Made by a program: the position numbers and the translations under genes. This document shows, piece after piece, positions 45,982 through 56,821 of a stretch of 64,000 bases of DNA. Position 1 is the first letter of the stretch. Every line of letters starts with the position of its first letter. Source of the stretch: Nitrosopumilus sp. (GTDB taxonomy: Archaea; Thermoproteota; Nitrososphaeria; Nitrososphaerales; Nitrosopumilaceae); assembly GCA_965207445.1 (NCBI GenBank), contig CBDBLX010000002.1:1687849-1751848 (forward strand), in the 5' to 3' direction. Below the pieces are notes generated by a model. It saw only the letters and a list, made by a program, of their open reading frames with translations. It did no database searches and was not told where the DNA came from.

Positions 45982-46230
45982 TTTTTATTTACAGAACTTG
46001 ATGATCATATGAAGAGATAATACGACGCAAGTAATATTGTTTACCAAAAACGATAGAATAAATTAATCATATAATTAAATTACAATTCAGCATCATATTA
46101 CAAAATCGAATCATGGTAATTGGCACAAATCCTTGACTGAATACACCGCACATTCAATTATTAGTATATTTTAAACAAGTTAATTTAGAACATATATAAG
46201 TATACATTAAGATGTTCGATATAACTTGTA

Positions 46231-49200
46231 TTACACAATTCCTGTGATTTTCTGCCAGACTTTTTTACATTCGTTGCCAGTGATAACGTCTGAGGTAGGT
46301 CGCCACAAATCTTCAGGGGTTTTCTTAAGCCATGGCAGTATATCGTGCGCGCCAGATGCATGTAGATCTCCGTCCATATACTCTCTATATTTACTTCCAA
46401 TCTTTTTTGACACACTTCTTGGAACGCCATACATTCGCATCAAAACTGCCTCTTCTGAATCCACACCATAATATATCATAGCAGGCAACATCCGAACCAT
46501 TTTCCTCTGTTCATCATCTGCATATGATCCAAGGTCTGAGATCCGTTGAATGCCTGCCACGCCCCAAGTGGCAGCATTTGTAATGTTCCGATACAAACTA
46601 CGTACACATCTAGTTATGGCGATTCTATCGTCACCGCCAAAATACGAGTTGGCAATATTTGGAATACTCTCGCCAGACACCCATTTGGAAACAATTTTGC
46701 CTACATCACTATTTGTAAGCTCTCGGTTAGATATTTTGATTTTCAACTCTTCTTTCACCTCAGTTATGTTCTCTAACATTATATTCACAAGTGATGTCAT
46801 TTTATTTGATGCCGGAGCAAAAAAGTTTTTAGAGTTCCAATAGTCGGGGTTTTTATATTGATCATTTATTGCACCAAGTGTTTTTTCCACAGTTTCAGGT
46901 GCAAACCCAGTAATGTCAGACAATAATGCCAAGTGAGGTTTAGAGTCAAGTGACATGGCATATCTTTTGACAGCATTTATGAGAGCTGTCTGGTTGTTTG
47001 GTGGGAGTCGAGAGAATCCATATGTGCGCCCCAAGATCATCTCCAAATCTTCTACAAACTGCTCCAGACTTGCAGATTGTCTCTTCATGTGAGCCACATA
47101 CTGGAGAAAGATAGACCATTGTGATTTGTCATATTGGTGTGACAAATCAAGTTCATTACCAGTTTGGAGAGCCTCATTGACCATTCCAGTAAGCGTAGAC
47201 ACCAAATCTTCGGCGGCTTTCTGAACATATTTAGCATTGCTCAAATCATCAGTTCCATCTGATTTGGCTGCTAGTCCCACAATACCTACTGATGGTTGGT
47301 CGATTCGTCCCACGCGTCCTGCCAGATTCCAGAAATCCCGCGTGGGCATGGACTTGCCGTATGGATATGATGTCGAGGAGATCAGCACTCCTGAAACTGG
47401 AAAGTTCACACCTTGAGCAATGGTTGTAGTTGCGACCATCACTCTGAGAAGTCCTGCTTCCATAAGCCATTCCATGAGCATGCGGATCTCCTCAGGCAGT
47501 CCACTGTGATGTATTCCCACACCTTTCTTCAAGTATGACGCTAACGGGAATTTTGATCCCAACTCCAATTCTGCAAACTTGGCTACAAGTCTAACATCAT
47601 TGTTGTTCACTGTGTGATATTCATCAAAATTATCAGATATAATATCAGCCGTCTTCCATGCTACTGAAGGATCCCGCACAAGCACCAAAAAGCTTCTAGA
47701 TCTTGCCATCTGTGTTGCAAGTAGTGCACTTAGTTTGTACTTTGTATTTCGTATCTGGTTTGCAGTCAACGAAAATGCTTTGATATCTCCAATAGGTATC
47801 GTGTCGTCAAGTTCTATGGTTTTTGCACTTGTGATTAGTGGCTTAAACACAGTTGTGTAAGCGTCCCCGTCTGTTTTATCTAAGCTGTACGATCCGACCA
47901 CTGACTCGTTTGGACGCCATTCCAATCCTATCTCAATTGATTTTGAACTGCCAGGATCTAGCCAAGATGCAATCTCCTGACTGTTTGGGATGAATGGTGT
48001 AAGTAACAAAAAATTAGCCATGTCACAGTCGCTCTTTATTATGGAGATAAGCATCTCTAGCTTTAACCCTCTAGATTCGTCTGCAATGTTGTGAGCTTCG
48101 TCTATAATAGCAAGTACCAACGAATCTGCAAGTTTACCCTCGGGATGTCGTATCAACAGTTGCAATTTTTCAGGGGTAGTTACTAACACATGAAATGGCC
48201 ATTGTCCAGAAAGCATGTTTTCTTCAAATCCATCAATTTCCACGGCCCCACTCATTTTTTCTACTATTATGTTTAATTCACCCAAGTCATGTCTTAGACG
48301 CGCAGTGATCTGATTTGCAAGGGCCCTTGTAGGAACTACATACACCACACGTGCATCATTACCGAAGATACTGATCGCCTGAAGTATTTTAAACTCTGCC
48401 ATTAGTGTCTTACCACTAGATGTAGGTAGGTTTACTACTATTGCCTTGTTGGCCGGATCAAGTAGTCCTTTCTCAAGTATTGCCATCCTTTGTGGATAAA
48501 GGAGTTCAAACATGGGCTTGCCTGCTCTCGTTATCGTTTCAACAAACTGTACAGCACGTGGACCTGCACTTCTTGCTGCAATCCATATAGAGTTACGGGT
48601 CATCTTGACAAATGTTGCATAAAGTAGCTCCAGCATTATATCCAGTTCTATACTTTTAGCATTTCTGCTGTGATCTTTAGCTTTGCCGATATGATAACCT
48701 ATTTCTCCTTCAACATCAGATGGTTTGCCTGACATCATGAATATGGACACAATTTCAACGATCTTTGCAAGGTGATACATAGAAGCAAGCTCATGAGCAG
48801 CTCCTGCCTTGTAGCCTTCTTCTACAGAATCAAGGTACGCCTTTTCTGATGCGTGTTGGCGCTGACGGAGATCATCTATGATCTCAGATACCCTAGTCAT
48901 ATCCCTCCATGACTCTTTGCGTGTTAAGTGAAGTATTGCAGAATAGATCCCAAAAAATACGACGTGTATCCAGTCCTCGTTCATCCCTACATTCCAAACT
49001 TTCGGGTGTTCTTTGAGATGGCGCCTCATATCTGCTCCTCTCTCCCCCAAGTATGCATACGCAAGCATCTTGAGGACATGTACAAACATCTCAACAGGCC
49101 GTTCTGGAACGGGTAGTACACGCGTCAAAGAAAGGCATTCCGTACAGATCCTCCGAAATATTTCCTTTTTGTGTTCGTTCTTGGGATCTGGATCAAGTGC

Positions 49201-49395
49201 AAACATCCAATCATGTGCCGCAGCCAACTCGTAAGCTTCTATGACATCCTCCAAGTTTTCAAGGTCATGTATGGATTCCATGTTTTCTGGGTTGATTGCT
49301 TTTTTAACCATAAATTGGTTGACGTTAGTGCGCACTGAATCTATTATACGTTGATCTATAACGTCTATTATTGGGTGTTTTATCCGTAGTTCCAT
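46231..49395 (-). CDS. Ski2-like DEAD/DEAH helicase, Hachiman HamB-like
   Basis: LPTSSGKT, DEAH, HHSGL, TIAQGVNFP, NLAGRVGR; long helical N-terminus. Confidence 0.8.
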   Translation of the reverse strand: MELRIKHPIIDVIDQRIIDSVRTNVNQFMVKKAINPENMESIHDLENLEDVIEAYELAAAHDWMFALDPDPKNEHKKEIFRRICTECLSLTRVLPVPERPVEMFVHVLKMLAYAYLGERGADMRRHLKEHPKVWNVGMNEDWIHVVFFGIYSAILHLTRKESWRDMTRVSEIIDDLRQRQHASEKAYLDSVEEGYKAGAAHELASMYHLAKIVEIVSIFMMSGKPSDVEGEIGYHIGKAKDHSRNAKSIELDIMLELLYATFVKMTRNSIWIAARSAGPRAVQFVETITRAGKPMFELLYPQRMAILEKGLLDPANKAIVVNLPTSSGKTLMAEFKILQAISIFGNDARVVYVVPTRALANQITARLRHDLGELNIIVEKMSGAVEIDGFEENMLSGQWPFHVLVTTPEKLQLLIRHPEGKLADSLVLAIIDEAHNIADESRGLKLEMLISIIKSDCDMANFLLLTPFIPNSQEIASWLDPGSSKSIEIGLEWRPNESVVGSYSLDKTDGDAYTTVFKPLITSAKTIELDDTIPIGDIKAFSLTANQIRNTKYKLSALLATQMARSRSFLVLVRDPSVAWKTADIISDNFDEYHTVNNNDVRLVAKFAELELGSKFPLASYLKKGVGIHHSGLPEEIRMLMEWLMEAGLLRVMVATTTIAQGVNFPVSGVLISSTSYPYGKSMPTRDFWNLAGRVGRIDQPSVGIVGLAAKSDGTDDLSNAKYVQKAAEDLVSTLTGMVNEALQTGNELDLSHQYDKSQWSIFLQYVAHMKRQSASLEQFVEDLEMILGRTYGFSRLPPNNQTALINAVKRYAMSLDSKPHLALLSDITGFAPETVEKTLGAINDQYKNPDYWNSKNFFAPASNKMTSLVNIMLENITEVKEELKIKISNRELTNSDVGKIVSKWVSGESIPNIANSYFGGDDRIAITRCVRSLYRNITNAATWGVAGIQRISDLGSYADDEQRKMVRMLPAMIYYGVDSEEAVLMRMYGVPRSVSKKIGSKYREYMDGDLHASGAHDILPWLKKTPEDLWRPTSDVITGNECKKVWQKITGIV

Positions 49396-50156
49396 TATGT
49401 TGTAGCCACCATTCTGGTAAATGAGGTTAACGAAACTGGAATGTATAAAGCCAAGACATTCAACAACATGTTTGGTTTTGTTTCTATTTTGTCAAGTGTA
49501 GACTTGATATCACGTTTATCGGGTCTTGTAGAGCGTACGAGAACACCTATGGCTTTAAATTCATTGCTCTTATAATGCCGGAATGCAGCAAGCCAGTCAT
49601 TGTAGTCTGTATTTTTGATCTTTCTCAATAACCATCCGATCAACACACGTCGGTTTTTTTTAGATGATATGATTGCATTCATTTGGGCACATAAACCACC
49701 CTTGTTGGTGACTACACCCGGAGGATGGCGGTCTTCACTTGATGTCTTTATCTCGCCAAATAGAAACATCGTGTTATCACCAGTTGAGGAAAATCCAACA
49801 ATGTCTGCACCACTAGGCTCCGAACGTGGGTTCTTGGCGTCGCGTCGGTGCGGGTATGGGATTCGTGAGTTGTAATAGTCCTCAAGATAGCATTCGGTAA
49901 ATGTCTCACCTACAGATGAGGGTGTTAATTTGGGTTCGATTGCAAGCACTGCACGTAGTTCCTCTTTTGCAAAGCCGGTTGTGCCAATGCTCGAAAGTTC
50001 TGTTGCGAGTGTGTCCGTCATGGGTTCATCATAGTGTCGTTCGTGGACTCTAGTATTCATATAAGTCGTAAAATTTTCTTTTGTTATGCTAATACCTACT
50101 GCCATATGATGATCACGTTCAAAGGAATACACCTCTGTTTGATTTAACCTAGCCAA
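49395..50156 (-). CDS. PD-(D/E)xK-like nuclease, Hachiman HamA-like
   Basis: GETFTE...GADIVG...GEIKT; TAATG stop/start overlap with the helicase gene. Confidence 0.62.
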   Translation of the reverse strand: MARLNQTEVYSFERDHHMAVGISITKENFTTYMNTRVHERHYDEPMTDTLATELSSIGTTGFAKEELRAVLAIEPKLTPSSVGETFTECYLEDYYNSRIPYPHRRDAKNPRSEPSGADIVGFSSTGDNTMFLFGEIKTSSEDRHPPGVVTNKGGLCAQMNAIISSKKNRRVLIGWLLRKIKNTDYNDWLAAFRHYKSNEFKAIGVLVRSTRPDKRDIKSTLDKIETKPNMLLNVLALYIPVSLTSFTRMVATT

Positions 50157-50750
50157 ACGTTGTAAACCCCAAAATTGTCAACCATACTGACCATACATCC
50201 GTACTGTGAATAACTGTTTTCATTGTGGTGGCGTGTTGCATAACTCGTAAATTTATACCCCTCTGGGGCCGTGGCCATGTGGTCTGAGCCGCGCAACCTA
50301 CGTTACACGATTCGAAGCCACTCAAATGCTCTGTAAACTGGACAGGAAGACGGTCTGCCTCAAGCTACGATGCCAGCGGGTGTGTCAAGTCACGCCTACA
50401 ACAAGCCATACGCAGGCCGTGCTTCCAAGCCTACAAAGTGTACGCGCAAAACATGGCGTGGTAGACGCCTTGGTATTTTGTTAGTACATACACATATCTT
50501 CATATTTGTATTTAAGCTGTACAATGTGCCATTATACAGCAGTCCAGATGTGCAAATAGGTTAAATACGCATAATGTGAGATCCCATCGATCAACGAAAT
50601 GATGAGATCAAAACATCAGCAATGCAATATTGTAAAGGGTAAATTTAACACTGCTTGTGCCCCGAGCACGCAGACCAGAGGTGAGGTTGTATCATGAACA
50701 AAAGTGCAGAGAAGGTAGGCAAAACTACCAGGCAGGTAGACAAAAGTGGT

Positions 50751-51314
50751 GTGAACCAACCTCCCTGACTGATGTATTCATTTAAAATTTGAATATGACT
50801 AAATAAAATAATTTAGATTTTTAGGTTTCACAATAATATTTTTTCTAATATTTAAATTAATCTATCTAAATCAATGGAAATAATAAATACACTTATATGA
50901 TCAAAGGTTTTTACCAATACTATGAGTCAAAAAAGATCAAACAAAGCAGATGATGCATGTATTCAATTAAAAATAAAATATGAAAAGAAAATTCAGCAAC
51001 TTGAACAAAAAGTAGATAGTAAGGATGAAGAGCTGAATAAAAAAGATGAAGAGCTGAATAAAAAAGATGAAGAACTAAAGAAAAAAGATCATATCATAAA
51101 TACATTAAAGAGCCGTGTTAATACATTAGAAGAAGATAACTCAAACTTAAAAAAAGATAACTCAAACCTAGAAAAGAATAACACTGCTATAAAAAAACAA
51201 AGTCAAAAAAAAGATGCAACCATACAAAATTATGAGACAAAGTTCAACTATTATGAGAATGCCCATACACCATCATCAAAGCAAGGAGGTTTGTGGATTC
51301 AATTATCGGATTAA
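50751..51314 (+). pseudogene. Truncated IS66-like transposase N-terminus with a family-C-like left end
   Basis: Coiled coil then YYENAHTPSS; upstream GTGAACCAACCTC resembles the MITE C end; abuts an IS-end relic at 51289. Confidence 0.55.
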
Positions 51315-52097
51315 TCAGAAGACTGCTGTGATGGGAATTAAAACGTGGTAGTTACTTGCCATTGTAAATATGTCGTACTGTATAATCAAAAATAAGATCA
51401 TTAAAATTGAGCACATTGCGAACTACTGACGTGCATTTTTGGACAAAGTCAATGACACTATGGATAGTCTGACGGCCGTTTTTTCTTTGCCAGTAGTCGC
51501 CTGTACAGGAAGACGAATATGAGAAACGGGGCGACGCCGATGATTGCAATGGGTATTAGGAAGCCCAGAATAGGCATCATTACGGCCTCAAAATCTGAAA
51601 TTGCCGGAAATACAAAAGGGGCGACGGGCTCCAAATAGTAGTCCGGCTCCGACAATGTATGCGGAAGATATGCCGGCAGGAGCATCAAAAATAATAAAAA
51701 AACAAAAGTTTCATGAAGTCTGCACCGAATATGTCTAGTTTAATGTTATGTTGCTAATCTTGGTGGTGGTCCACACATGATAGCCGGCATTAAAGAACGT
51801 TGTCAGGTTGTTTGCAGAGCAATCGCCTTTTTCGTCAAAGTTCGGATAGTACGTATTCTCGAATTGCGGGCCGGTGCCAAAGACGAAATGCTTTGCATTC
51901 CGCGTCGTATCCATTCTAAAGTCTACGCTGGAATGGTGTGTTGGCTTGTCCAGGCAAACGGAGCTGTGGAAGTCAACATCCCCGTTGTACAGGACGAATC
52001 CTTTTGGCGAGGTGGTGGTTCCCTGGTTCCATCCCCATGCTATCTCAATGCAGTAGAGGGATCTTAGATCAAGCAGTATGCATGGAAAAGCAACCCA

Positions 52098-52214
52098 TGC
52101 ATAATAATTTCATTAAAGATCCGATAGTTTTCTAATATTTTGTATTCATAATATGTGCTAACTTCGAGATGAATATCAATCAAAATATCGGATCTTTAAT
52201 CATATCAGTATGCA
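52098..52214. mobile_element. MITE family B copy
   Basis: Near-identical to 26642-26759. Confidence 0.85.
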
Positions 52215-52730
52215 GGGGGGACTTCCAGACTGGACGGCTGCAAAGACGCAGGCCAACCTGCAGACCATACATGCAAACTCTGCTCTGTGGGGCGTATTTT
52301 CAGGACAATTGGTATCAGGATATCGCGGCAGTTGGAAGCCTCCACCATCAGATTCAATCACAATAATATACCCGTCGCCACCATCACAGCGACCGCGTCC
52401 GCGTGTCACCGAAAAATGTATCACGAAATCCTCTGATCCATTAATACAGGCACACGACCTCATCTGCATACCAAAATCACAAAATGCCAAGGTCGCAGCC
52501 GCATGACTTTTTAATATAATCATATTATTGTAAAACTTGCCCCATATTATGCCATTTTTGTACCATCCATACACTCCTCACCTTTGACACTACTAACACA
52601 ATACACAAACTGGCCGTGCCGCCACCATCCAATCCGATGTTTTTGCCTTGAACAACGTGACACTGCATGTTACCTGCATGACCACCATATCACATACCAT
52701 AACGCCTGTCCGATATCTGTCTAAGGTGGT

Positions 52731-52796
52731 AGGGTGAGGGGGTGAGAGTTGAAGGGAGGGTGAGGGGGTGAGAGTTGAAGGGAGGGTGAGGGGGTG
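52731..52796. repeat. G-rich ~26-bp tandem repeat
   Basis: GGGTGAGGGGGTGAGAGTTGAAGGGA, about 2.5 copies. Confidence 0.85.
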
Positions 52797-52844
52797 AACG
52801 CTTGCCACAGAGGTCCACTCCACTATTTGTGACTTTAAGTATGA

Positions 52845-53750
52845 TCATAGACGTGAAAAACAGCACTTTTTGTATTTTTTGCCAGAGCCACAGGGGCACG
52901 GGGCATTTCGCCCTATGCGACGTTTTGGTGAATCTTGATGTGTGGTAAATCTCGAATATTCGTATGGATGTTCTGTAGATACGGATGTACTTGACCACTT
53001 TTTATCTCTCTTAGATGGAGTGAGATTTCGCATACTGGGTGGAATTATGTTCTTGTTATCGTGCAAAAAATACAATGGATCCTTTGATTGTATTGTGAAC
53101 CTCTCAAAATCAGAAATACCATTAAACATACCTTCCATATCAGATAGCTCATAACATTCAGATGTTGCAAATCCTGAGTCTACCAGATCATCTACATATT
53201 TGCGTATGTTAGAATTATTCAGATAGAGTAGGTGACCGAGTATGTCGTCTCTAATACTTATGTCCTGCTCGTTTGCTACACACTGTTTTATGGATGCTAT
53301 TATTGGTTGCATCATTTCAAGATTCTTGGAACCAATTATGAGTAGTGCCGTCTCGGCCCCTGTCCGTACGTGTGAGTTGATGTTGTCGTCACCCACGATT
53401 TTTACAAGTTGGTCCACAGCATCATGTCCCATATACGCCAATACACCTGGCGCATCACATAGTAGCCAATCATCCATGTATTCTGCATATTCGATGATGG
53501 CAGTGTTTATTGCAAGCAAGGCGCGATAATCTTTCATCTTTGCCAATATACTAATCGCACAAAATGGGGACCAGGGATGGACAGACAACGTATCCCAGTT
53601 TTCACGTGACGTTACAAATTGTGCAAGATGAAAAAACGATTCTTCCTTTCTCTCCAAGATGGCACTTATCAAATCATCATTTATCTTGGGACCTTGTTGC
53701 TTTAACTCATCAATCATCGATTCTATATCCAATACTAATTCACGGTACAT
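52845..53750 (-). CDS. SEC-C motif protein, DUF1186-like N-terminus
   Basis: C-terminal [19 protein letters not shown]; helical N-terminal domain. Confidence 0.8.
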   Translation of the reverse strand: MYRELVLDIESMIDELKQQGPKINDDLISAILERKEESFFHLAQFVTSRENWDTLSVHPWSPFCAISILAKMKDYRALLAINTAIIEYAEYMDDWLLCDAPGVLAYMGHDAVDQLVKIVGDDNINSHVRTGAETALLIIGSKNLEMMQPIIASIKQCVANEQDISIRDDILGHLLYLNNSNIRKYVDDLVDSGFATSECYELSDMEGMFNGISDFERFTIQSKDPLYFLHDNKNIIPPSMRNLTPSKRDKKWSSTSVSTEHPYEYSRFTTHQDSPKRRIGRNAPCPCGSGKKYKKCCFSRL

Positions 53751-53799
53751 ACAAATTCATTAAGATTTTGATTAAAAGGTGAAGGCAGTAAACTCTACA

Positions 53800-53880
53800 G
53801 TAACCGTTCAACCCCTTCCCAAATTTAGGCACAAATTCACCGCTTAACGTCTGGCGCAGGTACGGGGGTTGAACGGTTAC
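53800..53880. mobile_element. MITE family A copy
   Basis: GTAACCGTTCAACCCC / GGGGTTGAACGGTTAC. Confidence 0.9.
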
Positions 53881-54026
53881 GACCGGCGTGACAGTAATCA
53901 TGATATTGGGCGGTACAATGACATATGAAAAAGAGACTGTCGGTATGATGGGTGTGCACCACGCGTAAATACTTGTAGTGCGCAGACATAGGGGTGGGTG
54001 ATGCTGGCTGATACGGGTCAGATACA

Positions 54027-54466
54027 CTCAGGTTGTCTCAATACCAGGATACATCTCTTTAACTATGAGAGCAAGTTCCTCAGATACCTCAAGATCTGCT
54101 TCCGTGTAACCCATTATACCTGTATGTGATTCGTCTGGAGGTATAGGCATATGTTTTACTTGCAGAGAACATCCTGCGTTGTTTCCAGCAGATTTACATC
54201 CAATATGTTAAGTATGGCATTACATCCAATATGTTAAGTATGGCAAACTGTCCATTATGGTTGACGTCAATACGTATGACCTGTCGAACTCTTTCCACAC
54301 ACGCGGCAAAACTTGGGTCATTAAAATACTCGAGCCAGTTAACGGACAAGAACTCTTCATTTGCACGTAGTTCAAATGACGCTCCCGTGGGGTTGCCGTC
54401 TGCTAATATTTTTGGACGGCAATACCGTGCTACATGTTCATCGTCGGGTGGTGCTATGTTGCTCAT
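54027..54466 (-). pseudogene. Hypothetical gene disrupted by a 26-bp tandem duplication
   Basis: TTACATCCAATATGTTAAGTATGGCA repeated at 54194-54245; open frame (...PDESHTGIMGY...) resumes downstream. Confidence 0.6.
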
Positions 54467-55176
54467 GATTTTGATATTTTGTCCACAAATGGCTTAACAG
54501 CTCTTAGCATGTCACGTGGCCGCATAGTACCACTGCATCGTTCAGAACTACCGCCGTCTAGATTGTGCAAGATGGCAGTAAACCTCACTAAAGCGGATGG
54601 CAAGAACACCATGGCAAGAACTCCTTTTTCCCCAATTTTCCATCTCAGGTAAGTCAGTCCCTCGGCGCTTATGACAATTTGTGGACTAGTCCACTGTTGA
54701 TTTTCAATTATAAAGCGGGCGGCATTTTGTAATGATTTTACGTCCATAGGTTTTTCGTCCGTTTCTTTATCCGTCAATTCCTTGAGATATGTCAAGCGGT
54801 TTACAATTGCATCCAAACCTGTGCGCTTGAGTATGTCAATAACGTCATTTACACTCTCAGACTTTTCTATCAATGTTTTATAATAAAAGACATCGCCTGA
54901 TGATGGGCGATTGTCATCATCCGACGTACTCAAAAGAAGCTGCACGTCACCTTGCACAACTTCCACCGGTACACGTTTTCCAATGGTCCTGACGCGGTTC
55001 TTGCTTGATACACGTTTTTCTATAGTCGAGTTTTGTAGGAAGTTTCTGATTATGTGTTTCATTTCCGTTTGATGGGCTGGCGCGGATATTTTACTATTGT
55101 TATATATGTTGTACCGATACTCACGTCTTGAGGGTTTGTTGTAATATTTTGCAATTTGGTTTATCTTACTCATCAT
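54463..55176 (-). CDS. Hypothetical protein, second gene of a coupled three-gene operon
   Basis: 237 aa; 4-nt ATGA overlaps on both sides. Confidence 0.6.
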   Translation of the reverse strand: MMSKINQIAKYYNKPSRREYRYNIYNNSKISAPAHQTEMKHIIRNFLQNSTIEKRVSSKNRVRTIGKRVPVEVVQGDVQLLLSTSDDDNRPSSGDVFYYKTLIEKSESVNDVIDILKRTGLDAIVNRLTYLKELTDKETDEKPMDVKSLQNAARFIIENQQWTSPQIVISAEGLTYLRWKIGEKGVLAMVFLPSALVRFTAILHNLDGGSSERCSGTMRPRDMLRAVKPFVDKISKS

Positions 55177-55805
55177 TTGTTACCTACTATTAAAAAATCT
55201 GGATGCTGTTTAGCGTTATACGTTTCTATGGTTTTTGCACTATTCTCATATATGTCTGTCAGGTCATTTATCATGATTTGAAGTTGTTCTATCGACATAT
55301 TGACGTGCTCAGAAATTTTCTTTTCATTGCCATCAAATGAGAACTCTAGCCTTATGACTGGTGTGTGACAAACGGTTTTTCTGTTGTAATCTTCAACCGC
55401 TTTGAGAAAAACATCATGGCGCATGAATTCCAGGGTGGATTCATTTATGGTGCTTGCATTGATAAAATACCTTATTTCAAACCCATTTTTTCCCACTTTG
55501 TTCAGTTTGGTAGTAAAATTGCTGATATTTGACTTAATATTTTTAGGCATTTTTGATTTGTTTAACATGGCGGTAAAGTTTTTGGGATATTTGTCTTTAT
55601 GATAGATCAATATAGCTAAGGTTTCAAGAACATTCTCTGCTTCGTTGGCCTTAATCCCTACAACCTTTACAAATTCATATATGTTCAAATGTGGGCCTCT
55701 GTCGTTGAAAAGTTTTATGGCATCATTTTGTGTGTTCAAATCTAGCTTAAAAAAGACATTTAGTGACTCTTTAAAATCATCGAAAGGATTCATCTCATTA
55801 GTCAT
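55173..55805 (-). CDS. Hypothetical protein, possible COMMD-like fold (start at MTNEMNP)
   Basis: The longer N-terminus in the ORF track comes from an IS end; C-terminal PVIRLEF...MSIEQLQIMINDL. Confidence 0.5.
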   Translation of the reverse strand: MTNEMNPFDDFKESLNVFFKLDLNTQNDAIKLFNDRGPHLNIYEFVKVVGIKANEAENVLETLAILIYHKDKYPKNFTAMLNKSKMPKNIKSNISNFTTKLNKVGKNGFEIRYFINASTINESTLEFMRHDVFLKAVEDYNRKTVCHTPVIRLEFSFDGNEKKISEHVNMSIEQLQIMINDLTDIYENSAKTIETYNAKQHPDFLIVGNK

Positions 55806-55849
55806 ATTGTATAGGGTAAACAGATCCATAAAAGTATATAGCGACGTGC

Positions 55850-56007
55850 GAGGTTGGTGCGTAATTGACATTAGGCCTGCCTGTGACCCGTCTGTGAACT
55901 TACTTGGTTTATTGCACATTCAATCTACAAAAGACTGAAATCTATCTATAGTGCGTTTCGTTTTTGAATATACATATGTGTTGTTTTGGCAGACATAGAT
56001 TATAGAG
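55850..56007 (-). mobile_element. Solo right end of the IS5-like element, inverted
   Basis: Reverse complement of about 23360-23511; cut off by an IS66 TIR. Confidence 0.9.
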
Positions 56008-56056
56008 GTAAGCGTTCAGGTCTAATTATTAATGATCATAAATAGGCACGCCTGTT
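56008..56056. mobile_element. Solo IS66 TIR
   Basis: GTAAGCGTTCAGGTCTAATTATTAATGATCATAAATAGGCACG. Confidence 0.88.
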
Positions 56057-56164
56057 CTGACCATATAGCATGATATTAAATATACAGTTAATGTAAGAGT
56101 CTCCGAAAGGCACTCCAGATTTGGATAGACCTCCTTATATAACGTAGTGGTGCATAAGTATGCA

Positions 56165-56818
56165 ATGATTGACAAAGACACAATATCACTCTTGGGAACA
56201 ATTGCTCCAGGCCTCGCGTTCATTGGCTTAGTTCCTGCATTTGCAGACAGTTCTATGTCCACCGGTCCGTGGTCGGTTCTACAGGAAATTCCAAGCTATA
56301 CGAATTCGGACTGTAACTTCTCAGATGACAAATGCGCCGATGCCACTACCAGCGGGGAGAACTCGTTGGTGTCACATGGTGATAACTTCGTTTGGAATGT
56401 CGCCATATCTAGGAACAACATACAGAAAAGTCCAAACGACTAAGGCTCAACACCAGAACTCACCACATCTGCCAGTACAGTCAAGTACAAATACACAGTA
56501 AGCTACAGGGGCACACACGACATAGCCGCCGGACATACCGGCTGGTACTCGTATGGAGCCGATCTGATGAAAAAGTCGGGCAACATCTGGGTGAAGCAGG
56601 GCAGGTGCTACTTTGACGAATTCGGAGATGGTGACAAGTCAGGTTCACCTAGCCACACCTGTTCTCTGCGTAACGTTGGTAGCAACACCTATCAGATGGG
56701 CATACAGCACAGCACGACTGCACCTGCATACTTGTTTGGTAGTGACGATGTCTTGGACTACTACTCTGGCAGCAACCACGCAAGCACCGAAAGGTTGGAG
56801 ATATGCACGGGGTGTTGA
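56165..56818 (+). pseudogene. Secreted Cys-containing protein with one in-frame TAA (56441-56443)
   Basis: ORFs 56147 and 56567 are in the same frame; signal peptide ending VPAFA. Confidence 0.65.
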
Positions 56819-56821
56819 GGG

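Noticed and set aside
51352..51549. ORF paralogous to the C-terminus of 18317-18721
   Set aside because: The shared peptide comes from the dispersed IS-end repeat.
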